The notes below the pieces were generated by a model. It worked only from the letters and a program-made list of their open reading frames with translations, searched no databases and was not told the DNA's origin. A DNA stretch of 64,000 bases from Octopus sinensis (Eukaryota). Below, piece by piece: positions 27,672-40,999 of this stretch (the stretch's first letter is position 1; each line of letters starts with the position of its first letter). Made by a program: the position numbers and the translations under genes. The stretch is from NCBI RefSeq assembly GCF_006345805.1, contig NC_043009.1, forward strand, positions 65,224,001-65,288,000, read 5' to 3'.

Positions 27672-27980
27672 TGGAGGCGCAATGGCCCAGTGGTTAGGGC
27701 AGCGGACTCGCGGTTGTAGGATCGCGGTTTCGATTCCCAGACCGGGCGTTGTGAGTGTTTATTGAGCGAAAACACTTAAAGCTCCACGAGGCTCCGGCAG
27801 GTGGTGGTGGCGATCCCTGCTGTACTCTTTCGCCACAAATTTCTCCCACTCTTTCTTCTATTGGCCTGCGCGCTTAGCCAGCGGGGTGGCGTCGTTTGAA
27901 GGCTAAAAACAATGCAAAGCGCATTGTGACCAGCGATGTGTAGCAACATCTGATAGCCTGGGCGGTCACGGTGATCACGG

Positions 27981-27985
<5 letters not shown>
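27672..27985 (+). mobile_element. tRNA(Arg)-like SINE family C, head type 2 with tail type 2
   Basis: Head is GGAGGCGCAATGGCCCAGTGGTTAGGGCAGCGGACTCGCGG..GGTTTCGATTCCC. The first about 185 nt are shared with 29462-29842, and the tail is shared with 52450-52720. Confidence 0.9.
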
Positions 27986-28016
<31 letters not shown>

Positions 28017-28458
28017 TTATACATCCATGTGTAAACATGAATATATGCATCAATACATGTTTACACGTACGAATGTGAACATGCAATCATATACTTAGAT
28101 AAATGCAAAATGGATGAAAATATTCGCATACAGGCGCAAGTTCGTGCTCATATAATTGAGAAGGCGGAAACATATGTAAATATGACGAGTTAGATATGAA
28201 AACTAAGAAGTTGTTCAAGAGCAAATCCAAGATATGTATATGCGTATTTTTTCTAGAAACATATTTATGTTAAACATTAACTCCGAGTTACTGCTGAAGT
28301 GTCGACAACACATTAAGTTCTTAAGGCAATAGTAACCACCTATTGTGTCGTAACTGATGAAATTTTAGTCGACAATATGGTTATAGGGTTGCCTGTGATT
28401 ATGTATGCCTTAACTCAATGATAGGCTGATAATGATATATATATATATATATATATAT

Positions 28459-28830
28459 AATATTCCCTTTAATCTAGCATGATGAATCTGCACAATTGTC
28501 TCCAACCCTGAAACTCGCAATAAAAGACTCCAGGAACTAAAACAAGTACTACTTAAAAGACAATATCCATTAATGCTAATAGACAACGGAATAGAATGGG
28601 CTAAAGCAATAAATATCGAAGAACAACGAAAAACGAAAAGTATTGCAGACACATCCAATACTCTACCCTTTATTACAATACACAACCCCAGAAACACAGA
28701 GAATTACAATATTATCCACCAGAACATCCCACAATTAAAACAAGACCCAAGAATGAATCAAGCATTCGAAATATACAAAATAATCAAAAGTAAACGACAA
28801 TCGGAGTCCGTCAAACAAAATCTCAGAAGC
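28459..28830 (+). mobile_element. Penelope-like element ORF fragment (post-RT thumb/linker), starting directly after (TA)n
   Basis: NIPFNLA**ICTIVSNPETRNKRLQELKQVLLKRQYPLMLIDNGIEWAKAI..LPFITIHNPRN..IIKSKRQ matches the PLE pattern IPxxLAxRIxxIxS...L..R.YP...P.V.TYNP. Confidence 0.8.
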
Positions 28831-29461
28831 GAATACCATTGATGAAGCAGGGATAATCAAAGAAAATACTTTCATAGAGATGTACAAATACTTAACAAAC
28901 TTAACAGAGTACATACGCAAATAACTATTCACACACAAAATTCTTTCTGCTACTTATCATGAGGAAGCTGCACAGCTGACAACCAAAACTTTAGCCACTG
29001 GACAACATACAAAAACTCCGGCCCACTTGATTATAACTAAACATGTATAAATACATACATAGATAAGTACACACACACACAAGTCCAAATTTGGCCAAAT
29101 GCGTTTTGTTTTTCAATATTTAATTTTTTGCAATATCCGTATCTTTTGGTCAAACTATCGTATCTCCAGCTGCTTTAGATGCCAAGATATAAAAATTGTC
29201 GGTGTAGTAAAGCGGTTTAGCATTTTTCCAAAATGCAGTAAGTCCCACACACGACAGTTTTGCCAATATATTTCTGACTGAAAATATCATACATGCATGG
29301 AGTTAAGATTTTATGAACCCAACAAAGTATTATTTTAAAGCTAAAACTGTTGCTAATGTAAAAAGAAATGGAATGGTGAAACTATTTTTTCGTTTTCTCG
29401 AAAAGCGATGTTTTTGGACTCACGACACTTTTGCAGCGGGCAAATATATATATACGTATGG

Positions 29462-29842
29462 ATGGAAGCACTCCGTCGGTTACGACGACGAGGGTTCCGG
29501 TTGATCTGAATCAACGGAACAGCCTGCTCGTGAAATTAACGTGTAAGTGGCTGAGCACTCCACAGACACGTGCACCCTTAACGTAGTTCTCGGGGATATT
29601 CAGCGTGACACAGAGAGTGACAAGGCCGGCCCTTTGAATTACAGGTACAACAGAAACAGAAGTAAGAGTGAGAGAAAGAGTGGTGAAAGAGTACAGCAGG
29701 GATCACCACCATCCCCTGCCGGAGCCTCGTGGGGCTTTAGGTGTTTTCGCTCAATAAACACTCACAACGCCCGGTCTGGGAATCGAAACCGCGATCCTAC
29801 AACCGCGAGTCCGCTGCCCTAACCACTGGGCCATTGCGCCAC
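29462..29842 (-). mobile_element. tRNA(Arg)-like SINE family C, head type 2 with tail type 1, full length with TSD
   Basis: A 20-bp TSD GCGGG(C/T)AAATATATATATAC lies at 29436-29455 and 29845-29864. The tail is shared with 40385-40704. Confidence 0.9.
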
Positions 29843-30352
29843 CCGCGGGTAAATATATATATACATTTACGGATAGCGTCTCAGCCATTCAACCTTTAAC
29901 TCGGCAGAAGATTGGGGATGTGAGGGCTGCATCTGCGGTCTTCTTTTAGTCACTGCCAGTTAGATAGTGCAATTAGCAGTCAGGGACAGAACGCGCCACC
30001 TGGTCCAGAAAGCGAAATCACATCCTTATGACTGCTAGCTCAACACCCTAACCACCAGACCACAAATCTTCCCATATGTGTGTGTGTGTGTGTGTTAGAG
30101 TTTATGTATGTAAGTCGCTTCAGATGGTAGACATGTTTCGGTCACGGTGTCTTCTTATTAGAAGTAAAAACAACGAGTAATATATTTTTTGCTCTTTGAC
30201 TCCTAATTGCATTTAAATGAAGAACTCTAGGGAATTCGAAGAGGTTATTGTCAGGAATATTACACAAGGGAATCTAATGAACAACTCTTTATTGACTTGT
30301 CTCAATTGCTTCATGAGCCGACACGTTTGCATATATATGTATGTATATGTAT

Positions 30353-30444
<92 letters not shown>

Positions 30445-30815
30445 TATACATACACATATATGGACATACTAGCATACATACTCCAATACACACACACATA
30501 TATGTATGCATATATCTACGGCTATATCTATCTATATTCACATGAGCACGCAGGCACACGCACACATGCACCGATGTATATTTTCTTATATATACTTACA
30601 TACACGCATACCATCACACGCGCTTATATGTATGAGTCTATATATGTATATGAGTGTTTATATATATATATATGTGCGTGTGTGTGTGGGTGTGTGTATG
30701 TGTGTATGCATATATATGTATGTGTGTGTATATAGGTGCATATACATATATATGTGTGTGTGAGTGTGTACAAATCTATATATATTTATTTATATATGCA
30801 TATATTTACATATGC

Positions 30816-30863
<48 letters not shown>

Positions 30864-31319
30864 GTATATAAGCATATATGCTTATATACATACATATGTA
30901 TGTATATATATGCATATTTCTGATTATGTGTTTCTATATATTTAGTTAGATACATATAGACACTCTCTGTCTGTCTGCCTGTCTTCCTCTCTCTCTCTTT
31001 CTCTCTGTCTCTGTCTCTCTCTTTCTCCCCCTCTCACTCTCTCACACATACACACACATACATATGTTCACACAGCCACACACCCATACTTAAAATCAAG
31101 GCAGATAATGAATTCTACTTCCTGATGAAACTAATTTATTCTTCCAAAATCCTTTTGATCTTGTTGCTATGTACGCTCACATACACACATACGCGCGCAC
31201 ACGAACACATACACACACAAACACACATGCATACACATATGAATGAACAAATACATAATCTATATGCAATGCAATATGTGAACACATATACTCACACACG
31301 TACATGTGTAAGCGATGCT

Positions 31320-31605
<286 letters not shown>

Positions 31606-31884
31606 AAAACAAACAGATATATAACAACTTCAACCCCTTTCAAGTCTCATGTTTCCATGTTTATATACAGGGCTCTGTATGAGTACACACCACCACGTAC
31701 AAACACATGCGAGCGCGCGTACGCGTATATATATATATTGATTTGAGGAGTATTTAGGAACTTTGAACTAATTTTGGCGTGTACAGTTGTATTTAAAACT
31801 TTCGTGTCCACTTGAATGTGGAAAACCTACGCTACAGTAATTATTTCGAAAGGAAACAGTCTTTTAATATTAATACGCATAAGT

Positions 31885-32095
31885 CAGCGAGCAGGCAGTA
31901 ATGTAAGCATGCCGCACAAAATCCTGAGCGGCATTTCGTCCGTACTTACTATTTGAATTCAAATTCCGCCGAGGTCGACCATCTCTTTCGTCTTTTAGGG
32001 GTCGATAAAATAAGTTCAAGCTGAACACAGCGGTCCATGTAAACGAATTACTATTTTTTCCCCAGATTTATTGCCTTGGGTAAAAATTTGAACCT
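31885..32095 (+). mobile_element. SINE family B, diverged
   Basis: GAATTCAAATTCCGCCGAGGTCGACC..GGGGTCGATAAAATAAG. Confidence 0.8.
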
Positions 32096-32950
32096 AATGA
32101 AAAGACACATTTAATTTTAGGCCACAAGCCCTTCTAGGTCAATACTCTTTCTCTGCTACGGACACCGGGTGGTCATTCAAAGTTAAAAAAAACAGCAATT
32201 AGGTGGGGGGGGGGGAGCTTTTATAAGAACAGTAAATGTTGCATTTGCTGATGTGAGCGAAGTTTTGTAAAGTTTGAATTAATTGATTGGAGGTAAACTG
32301 ATTAGCGTTGAAAGAAATGATGAACACAATTATATTCAAGTGTTTTTGTGTTTCCGAGTGTACACGAACATCTTCAATATGACTGTACACGCCCATAGAT
32401 ATATATGCGTATTTGTTGTGTGTGTGTGGGGGGGTGTATCTATCTATTTGTGTCAGCATAAATAAAGAGACACACAGAAACAAACATTCACAAACACACA
32501 TTTGTATGCATATGTAAACACAAGCACACATACGTATATATGTATGTACATATATAAACACACACACACATAGATATATCTACAAGTATATATCAAAAAA
32601 AGACATTCAGCAAATCTGAAAGTGAGGCACTTCAATTAAACGTGATTAATTGTCAATTAAAAATTAATTAGTGAGTTGACAAGTTTGTCTGAGTGAAACA
32701 ATATGGAATAAATCGTTCAAAATTGAAATGCATGCATATATATATATGCACATATATATACATATGTATATATGTATTATATATATATGTATATATATAT
32801 ATGTATATATATAAATATGTATATATGTATTTATATATATGTACGTGTACCCATATATATGTATGTTTATGTATGTATGCATATGTGTCTTTATGTATGT
32901 ATATATACGTATATATGTGTATATATATGAGTATATATACATATATATGC

Positions 32951-32994
<44 letters not shown>

Positions 32995-32997
<3 letters not shown>

Positions 32998-33101
32998 GGC
33001 GCAGGAGTGGCTGTGTGGTAAGTAGCTTGCTTACCAACTACATGGTTCCGGGTTCAGTCCCACTGCGGGGTACCTTGGGCAAGTGTCTTCTACTATAGCC
33101 C
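32995..33101 (+). mobile_element. SINE family A, 5' portion only
   Basis: The head matches 2031 and ends abruptly at TATAGCCCCGG, where a PLE-type terminus begins. Confidence 0.85.
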
Positions 33102-33535
33102 CGGAAACAAACATGGAAACGGATCTTTTTTTAACAACGAAAAACAGAGTACAAGACAACTACATAAGGAAAAATCCCCTTCATCAGCTGTCCCTAGTTC
33201 AACTCCAGCGTGTTTCGAAGGTGAGGACAGAACACGTCTCGCCGAACCAGTCCTTCCTGCGAAAGAATGAAATAAAATTCCTTTGCAGAGGGGTAAATCA
33301 AGGAAAAAAAAAATGTGACAAAAACAGGACGTAAAAACAATACAATTATAAACAAATACAAAATAAAAATACAATTACAAGAAATACAGTACAAGAAGGA
33401 ATAGAAACAGGACAAGAAAAAAATAAAGAGGGCCTATAAGCCTAGACGAGGAAAAAATTTTTTCACGAGCGCAAGAAGGAACATGTTTACTTGAATAAGG
33501 ACGCCGGCGAAAGGAAGTTCGTAGACCCGGCTGTG
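33102..33535 (-). mobile_element. Penelope-like terminal remnants with a stem-II/GAAAC hammerhead-like relic
   Basis: Minus strand GAAGG...CCTTC-GAAAC-ACGC (33256-33208) followed by T-rich tail sequence. Confidence 0.4.
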
Positions 33536-33549
33536 AGAGAGATGAGGAG

Positions 33550-33794
33550 GAGTGAGAGAGAGAGAGATAGAGAGAGGAAGAAGTAAAAGAGGGTGAAAGA
33601 AAGAGAGAAAAAGGAGTTATAGGGTTTCGCGTCTCGCGTCGATTCGATTCGATTCGTTTGGTTTGGTTTCGTTTCTTCTTTTTCTCTAAGCTGGTTTTTA
33701 TATATAATTATGACGCGAAACCCTATAACTCCTTCTTCTCTCTTTCTTTCACTCTCTTTTGCTTCCTTCCTCTCTATCTCTCTCTCTCTCACTC
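33550..33794. repeat. Inverted repeat, arms and spacer each about 80 bp
   Basis: AGGAGTTATAGGGTTTCGCGTC (to 33633) pairs with GACGCGAAACCCTATAACTCCT (from 33712), extending through GA/TC-rich flanks. Confidence 0.85.
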
Positions 33795-33797
33795 AAC

Positions 33798-34208
33798 GGA
33801 GAGCTTGCTAGGGGCACTAGGTCTGTGGGCAGACCGTTCTTACGATACAAGGATGTTTGCAAAAGTGACATGAATGCCTGCAACATCAATATTACCAACT
33901 GGGAAGCAGTTGCCAGCAACCGTGGAGATTGGTGACGTACCGTAAAAGAGGGAACACAAAGGAGTGACATAGAGGGAGAGAAGAAAGGGAAAGACAAGAA
34001 AAGACGTCAACAAGAAAGTATGACATTACAACCAGCCAGGCAAAGCCTTCGCTACATTTGCGGCACCTGCCAGAGGGAGTGTTTGTCCAGGATAGGACTA
34101 CACAGCCACAGCAGCAGATGTATTAGGACATGAAATGTAAAAGCCGGACGAGATTATTTTATGTGCAACTCCATTGTCTCCCGAGACAAAAAGGATGCCA
34201 ACAACAAT
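33798..34208 (+). mobile_element. RTE-clade (BovB-like) LINE 3' end
   Basis: GELARGTRSVGRPFLRYKDVCKSDM..WEAVASNRGDW*..YICGTCQRECLSRIGLHSHSSRC includes a C2H2 finger, with the stop at 34131-34133. The 3' UTR has the hairpin GTCTCCCGAGAC and a (CAA)n tail. Confidence 0.9.
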
Positions 34209-34211
34209 ATA

Positions 34212-34410
34212 TATGGATTTCGTAGACAGGAACTGAAACAAATCAATCGTATACATATGTATGTATATATGTAAGTGTATGTGTGTGTCTTTGTGTCTAT
34301 GTTTCGCCCTCATCACTGCTTCACAACTGCTGTTCATATATTTACATCCACAAAACTTACTGGTTTCACAAGAACAAACTAATAGAATAAGTACTAGGCT
34401 TATCAACATA
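34212..34410 (+). mobile_element. SINE family A, degenerate 3' part
   Basis: TGGATTTCGTAGACAGGAACTGAAAC..AATAGAATAAGTACTAGGCTTA. Confidence 0.6.
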
Positions 34411-34501
34411 AAAAAGCACTAGGCTGTGTCTCATATTTTTGTTTGCCCACTCAGTTGTATCTATCAATTTATCTTTGTGTGTGTGTGTGTGTCTATATCT
34501 A

Positions 34502-34587
<86 letters not shown>

Positions 34588-34592
<5 letters not shown>

Positions 34593-35648
34593 ATATATAT
34601 TATATATATATATATATTTATATATAACACCCTAATGGGAGCCTTAACTCCCAAATTTTAGTCATTTCTTTTATGATCCAAAACTAGGTCAAAAGTACTG
34701 AATGGATCTTTATGAAATTTGGAAATTATATTCTATGCATAAGGGCCATAACCCACATGACAATTCATATATTTTTGCTGTTGATGAAATTTTAACCATT
34801 GTTAATTAGACACAAATGAAGTAATATTTATAAAATTTCATGGGGACTTAACACCCACAATTTTGTCATTTTATCTAAGCAAAAACGAATACAGTTGTGC
34901 TCTTGGAAGCTGTAGGGTTACCCGAGCATAAAAGTTGGGCATTATCTCTAATTCAATCGTACAACAGTGTAACAGTTTGCTTTGACATACACTTACATTG
35001 TGATTTCTGCAATGTGGTGCATAAATTGTTAAGTAAATGAGAGGCATCTTTGTCTCCACTGATTCAGTTGCAAAGTGTTGAGTAAAGTTATTTGATTGCA
35101 GACCTCCTTTCAGTCTTTTTATTATCACTCGGTCACACATAGTCCCCAGAGGGTAACATTGATTATAAGGCCTTCCCAGATGAGTGACTGGTTATTCAAA
35201 GACATTTATAGATTTTAAATTCATTCTGTCCAGTTGCGTATCAGTATAGTGGTCATTTGCAAACTCCAGAGGTGACACTTTAATTTCTCCTAAGCCCTCA
35301 CGTCACACAGTTGTTAATGTTGATTTCAGTTGGGTCACGCCCTTCCAATTGCTATAGATTCGTAATGCATCTTACGGCTGTGCCTGTCACCTGAATGTTG
35401 AGGAATCCTACATTGGGAGTGGTATCGACTAGGGTAGGGTAACTGACTGCTTATTGTGATCATTCGTCTTTTGGTTTCCATGTGTCACGATTACAATTTT
35501 TTTATGGTGTGTAAAGAGGGAAATAACCCTCATCTGCAATTTTGATGAAATTCGAAACATAGATATTCCAGTTCATTCAGAAAATATGACAGAAAAGTCT
35601 AATTTATTCAATTGAATGTAACCCGGCAACGCCGGGTATCTCTGCTAG
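34588..35648 (+). mobile_element. Non-autonomous Helitron-like element
   Basis: The 3' hairpin ACCCGGCAACGCCGGGT (35621-35637) is followed by CTAG|T at 35645-35649. The 5' end is inferred at TCTATATATAT near 34588 and is uncertain. Confidence 0.65.
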
Positions 35649-36477
35649 TTGATAATATAATTCTCTCCCTGAAAATAAACTACAGTCTTTGAATTCCCAC
35701 TTCTCTTTCTTTGCCGTACATTAGAGAAAATATTCTCATTTATTTCTAGAAGCCAGGGTAATTCTGGAAATAATGCTCTTAAGAATATATTTTCGCAGTC
35801 ATATCTATCGTGATGCGAAACAGCAACCTCTCAGTCCACCTGCCTACATAACTTACATTTCTACCTACAAACCTAGTTACCAATATACCTAGAACTTCAG
35901 TTCTCTCTCCGTTGGCCTCTATTTTATTTTCCTTTACGATCATCTTCTTACTCAATACGCTATCCATCATTTAATTCCTCTAGCTCACCCTCTCATCCCA
36001 CACCCCTTCCCCGCTACCCCCACGCCTTTTCTATCTTCTCTCTATTTCTCTCAATTGTCGTATAATAGGTGGAACTGTCGTATCTAAGTGTGACAAATAT
36101 CCTCTGAAATCATCATCATTTATCATGATCGTCACAATCACCAGCAAGCGTGCCACCACCGCTCGCTCCACAACCAAAGCCATCCTCCTCCTCCTCATCA
36201 TCATCATCATTATCGTCATCATCATCATTATCACCACCATTTTTATTTTCATCATTGTTAAGATTCTTGTTCAATGTCGGACAAAATATCCTACATTAAT
36301 ATTTTGTTAGGTGTTCACATTCAGCATTCAATCCCCTCCTGGGCCAGCTTCGTCTTTCGTACCTCCGGACTTAATAAATTAGCGTACTGGTTTTCTTTTA
36401 CTACAAATTTTGTAGACTTGAGCCTACGTTACATATTATTGTTGTTGTTGTTGATGTTATCATTATTATTATTATAT

Positions 36478-36919
36478 GTTTGACTTTTGCTTTATATTTG
36501 TACAAGTTGGCTCCAAGTCTCACCCGGAGGCCTCAAGAGACAACAGGTTGGAAGTTCACGTTGTTGTTATGCCTAGTGTGCCATATATTTGGTTGTTTTT
36601 TGTGTTGTACTGGTGAATGTCTAAAAAAAAAATGTTTGTTCTAAACCTTGGGATTACATAGAAAGTATTTTGCGTAGGATATGAGCAGTTCCATGAGCAC
36701 TATCTTTTAAATTTCTGCCATTTTGGGGTTTACTGGTATCTGAGTTAGGTAGCAATCAGCCCCTTTTGTTATCATTCCCAGGGCACCTTTGACAACAGGT
36801 AGTGTTTTAGTCTTCAGGTTCCACATTTTGCTGATTTCTATTTCAAGATCTTTATACTTGCTCAGTTTTTGGTAGGGTCTTGACAGATACGTTTATATCA
36901 ATTGGGACAGTGATATCAA

Positions 36920-36920
<1 letters not shown>
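36478..36920 (-). mobile_element. 5'-truncated R4/Dong-like RLE LINE tail embedded in (AAT)n
   Basis: Minus frame IDITVPIDINVSVKTYQKLSKYKDLEIEISKMWNLKTKTLPVVKGALGMI is an RLE endonuclease region. The 3' UTR ends AAAAGTCAAACAT followed by (AAT)n, and (AAT)n also lies upstream. Confidence 0.85.
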
Positions 36921-36991
<71 letters not shown>

Positions 36992-37027
36992 CATCATTAT
37001 TATTATTATATTATTATTTTATTATTA

Positions 37028-37074
<47 letters not shown>

Positions 37075-37084
37075 TTTATTATTA

Positions 37085-37145
<61 letters not shown>

Positions 37146-37196
37146 TTATTATTATTATTATTATTATTATTATCATCATTATTATTATTATTATTA

Positions 37197-37285
<89 letters not shown>

Positions 37286-37325
37286 GTTGTTGTTGTTGTT
37301 GTTGTTGCTGTTGCTGTTGTGGTTG
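36920..37325. repeat. Long (ATT)n/(GTT)n array
   Basis: Direct reading. Confidence 0.95.
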
Positions 37326-37816
37326 TCATTACTATAGTGATTCTCTCCTGCTTTGATGGTCTGTGTTATTTATGTCACGTCCCAGCTCCTTGCTACCAAG
37401 GGTAGAAGCTCCGTACACGACAGCCTCCTTGCAAACGGTTAGCATACTCCTGTTTCAGACTCGCATCTGCAGACCAGCTTCGGTTGCTTCTGTTCATCTT
37501 AAACTCGAGAGAACGGTTGTCCATGTTGGTGGAACCGAGATGTAAGAACTCTTGGACAACAATCGATTGCCTTACCGTCATTCACTTTCTTTCAACTAAG
37601 ATGAATATGCACACAGGCGCTCATACATATAAAACACACGCTCATGCACGTATATGTATGTTTTTATCTATCTATCTATCTATTTATCTATCTAACCATC
37701 TATCTATCTATCTTTCTTTTTCCTTTCTTTCTGTTTAACTATATTTTAGGTATGCATGCATATATGTATATACATAGATGTATAATTATGCTTATATAAA
37801 TACATATAAATACACA

Positions 37817-37975
37817 GGGGTGGCTGTGTGGTAAGTAGCTTGCTTACCAACCACATGGTTCCGGGTTCAGTCCCACTGCGTGGCACCTTGGGCAAGTGTC
37901 TTCTGCTATAGCCTCGGACCGACCAATGCCTTGTGAGTGGATTTGGTAGACGGAAACTGAAAGAAGCCTGTCGTA

Positions 37976-38012
<37 letters not shown>

Positions 38013-38223
38013 TTGTGTACCTGTGTTTGTCCCCCTAGTATTGCTTGACAACCGATGTTGGTGTGTTTACGTCCCCGTCACTTAGCGGTTCGGCAAAAGC
38101 GCCCGATAGAACAAGTCCTGGGCTTACAAAGAATAAGTCCCGGGGTCTATTTTGCTCGACTAAAGGCGTGCTCCAGCATGTCCGCAGTCAAATGACTGAA
38201 ACAACTAAAAGAGTAAAAGAGTA
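37817..38223 (+). mobile_element. SINE family A, near full length
   Basis: Colinear with 2031-2525, including the AAAAGAGT tail repeats. Confidence 0.9.
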
Positions 38224-38259
38224 ATATATTCATGTATACACACATAAACACATGCATAC

Positions 38260-38606
38260 ATACATATGTATGTACGTATGTCTGTCTGTACGTATGTATG
38301 TATGTATGTATGTTTGTATGTATGTATGTATGTATGTTTGTATGTACGTATGTATTATGTATGTATGTTTGTATGTCTGTCTGTACGTATGTATGTATGT
38401 ATGTGTGTATGTACGTATGTATGTATGTATGTGTGTATGTACGTATGTATGTATGTATGTATGTACGTATGTATGTATGTATGTGTGTATGTACGTATGT
38501 ATTATGTATGTATGTTTGTATGTCTGTCTGTATGTATGTATGTATGTTTGTATGTATGTATGTATGTATGTATGTATGTATGTATGTCTGTACGTATGTA
38601 TGTATG
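38260..38606. repeat. (TGTA)n array
   Basis: Direct reading. Confidence 0.95.
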
Positions 38607-38619
38607 TTATTATTCAGTT

Positions 38620-39090
38620 TTATTTCTACTTATCTTGCCAATAGAGAGAGTCGCTTTCTAACCTAGGTCCGAGGCTCCTTCATTCGAATCTCAGCAACAA
38701 GGTAGTTTTCTATGTGTATCTGTATACGTGCATATTTGCATGTTTGTTTTATATATGTATTCTCATGCATATAGTTGCATATCTAGACACGTTCATATAT
38801 ACTTAAATGATAGACTTCTGGGAAGTTTTACAGATTTTTACAATTCCAGTCATGGATTGGATCTGTAACCTTTGAATTAGTTTTCTCCTTTCTGGTTTTG
38901 AGAAGCCTAATTTCTCAAGATTGGTGATTAGGTAGTGTGTTACATATCCCAGGGCCCCAATAATTACAAGTACAAACCTGAACTTGTCATCTGGATACAA
39001 TAGCTGTAGGTTCCTCAATAGTTCAGCGAGATATTCTCTTTTACGCTGATATTTAGTATTATATTTTCCATTGGGCAGCAGATTTCCACA
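38620..39090 (-). mobile_element. 5'-truncated RLE-type non-LTR retrotransposon tail in (TACA)n
   Basis: Minus frame YLAELLRNLQLLYPDDKFRFVLVIIGALGYVTHYLITNLEKLGFSKPERRKLIQRLQIQSMTGIVKICKT carries the I/VIIGALG RLE C-terminal motif. (TGTA)n-type repeats flank both sides. Confidence 0.75.
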
Positions 39091-39108
39091 TGTATGTATG
39101 TATGCACG

Positions 39109-39142
<34 letters not shown>

Positions 39143-39247
39143 CTCACACACACTCACACACACACACACTCACACACACACACACACACACACAAGCGCA
39201 TGCCTTTTCATGAGAAAGAGAACAAATTGTTATTCGGATATATTATA

Positions 39248-39281
<34 letters not shown>

Positions 39282-39284
39282 GAA

Positions 39285-39608
39285 GCCTCAGGCCAACCGA
39301 AGCCTTGTGAGTGGATTTGGTAGACGGAAACTGAAAGAAGCCTGTCGTATATATGTGTGTATATGTATATATATATATATATGTGTGTGTGTGTCTGTGT
39401 TTGTCCCCCCCAACATCACTTGACAACCGATGCTGGTGTGTTTACGTCCCCGTAACTTAGCGGTTCGGCAAAAGAGACCGATAAAATAAGTACTAGGCTT
39501 ACAAAGAATAGGTCCTGGGGTCGATTTTATCGACTAATGGCGGTGCTCCAGCATGGCCGCAGTCAAACGACTGAAACAAGTAAAAGAATAAAAGAATAAA
39601 AGAAAAGA
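39285..39608 (+). mobile_element. SINE family A, 5'-truncated
   Basis: Runs from GCCTCAGGCCAACCGAAGCCTTGTGAGTGG to an AAAAGAAT tail. Confidence 0.9.
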
Positions 39609-39663
39609 ATTATTATTATTATTACTACTACTATTACTATTATTATTATTATCATTATTATTA

Positions 39664-39704
<41 letters not shown>

Positions 39705-40384
39705 GTAACGACAATTGCGTTGCATTAGCCTTACTTGGGATGTCGACAGCAACTGTTATAGACAGGGATCGTACAAAATTTCTCGTGCGCATGTGCATTT
39801 GTAAGCTGCATCAGTCAAGTGAGGTTTGCTCAGCAGCCTGCAGACTATTGGTTTGCTGTTGATGAACAGATTTCCAGTTATGGCTGTTCCTTCATATATT
39901 ATTAACGCTTGTCTATGATTAGATGGAGTTCACGTCCTGTTGTATTTTCAGAGACTTCTCATAACGTGTTCAACAGTTTTATAGACAGCGTGCATTTACT
40001 TCATGGTATGATGCCTGTTGTATTGATTGTGTAGAATCTCTCTTTATATTGTTCGGTACCTTAGTCAAAATGACTTGTTTGTACGTTCGTTTTCTTGAAA
40101 TAATTAGAATATTAGACTTGTGAAATATGCTAATGGCCTCATAAAACGCAAAGATCTATAAACAGAGAAAAAAACAAGAAACGAAATGAGTCCAGCTGTT
40201 AGTCAACGAGTGTGTGACCCTCCTTGACTGCTCAACCTGCTAGAAACTACACCTGAATCACCATCAAAAGCACTCCACAATGCTTTTTGCGCTGACTAAA
40301 GAATTACTATAGCTTGATATAAGTTGTAATGGCGAACACTGCAAACCTTTATATACAAACCTTTATAAACCTGCATAATAATAA

Positions 40385-40704
40385 GACTCCTCCGGTTACG
40401 ACGACGAGGGTCCCAGCTGATACGATCAACGGAACAGCCTGCTCGTGAAATTAACGTGCAAATGGCTGAGCATTCCACAGACACGTGTACCCTTAACGTA
40501 GTTCTCGGGGATAATCAGCGTGACACAGAGAGTGACAAGGCTGACCCTTTGAAATACAAGTACAACTCATTTTTGCCAGCTGAGTGGACTGGAGCAACGT
40601 GAAATAAAGTGTCTTGCTCAAGGACACAACGCGTCGCCGGGAATCGAACTCACAACCTTACGATCATGAGCCGAATGCCCTAACCACTAAGCCACGCGCC
40701 CTCA
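40385..40704 (-). mobile_element. tRNA-derived SINE family C, CORE-like head with tail type 1, with TSD
   Basis: Minus head GAGGGCGCGTGGCTTAGTGGTTAGGG..GAGTTCGATTCCC..TGTGTCCTTGAGCAAGACAC. TSD AAACCTGCATA lies at 40367-40377 and 40706-40716. Confidence 0.9.
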
Positions 40705-40710
40705 CAAACC

Positions 40711-40752
<42 letters not shown>

Positions 40753-40888
40753 TGCACACACACGCACACACACATACACACGCGCACACACGCACACATA
40801 CGCACACACACACAAACAAACACACAAACACACACACACACATATATATATATACACTTTATTTAAAAGCGGCAGAAATATGACAAGA

Positions 40889-40931
40889 GTTGTTACACTG
40901 AGTTTCACGTTCCCGTTCGTCGGACAGTTTT
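40889..40931 (-). ncRNA. Minimal type I hammerhead-like motif (PLE terminus)
   Basis: Minus strand: aaacUGU-CCGACGA-ACG GGAA CGU-GAAA-CUC a GUG-UA-ACA. Stem II is perfect, the triplet is GUA, and the core carries a U4-to-C change. Confidence 0.55.
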
Positions 40932-40999
40932 TCCTCTCTTTTAAGCAAATTCAAATGTTCCATGACATGATCTGCAGAGAATGGGAAAATGTCACCCAC

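Noticed and set aside
27672-27745. tRNA-like sequences as real tRNA genes (also at about 29770-29842, 40630-40704 and 48465-48537)
   Set aside because: They continue into SINE bodies and tails, two have clear TSDs, and they lack a proper acceptor stem and Pol III terminator.
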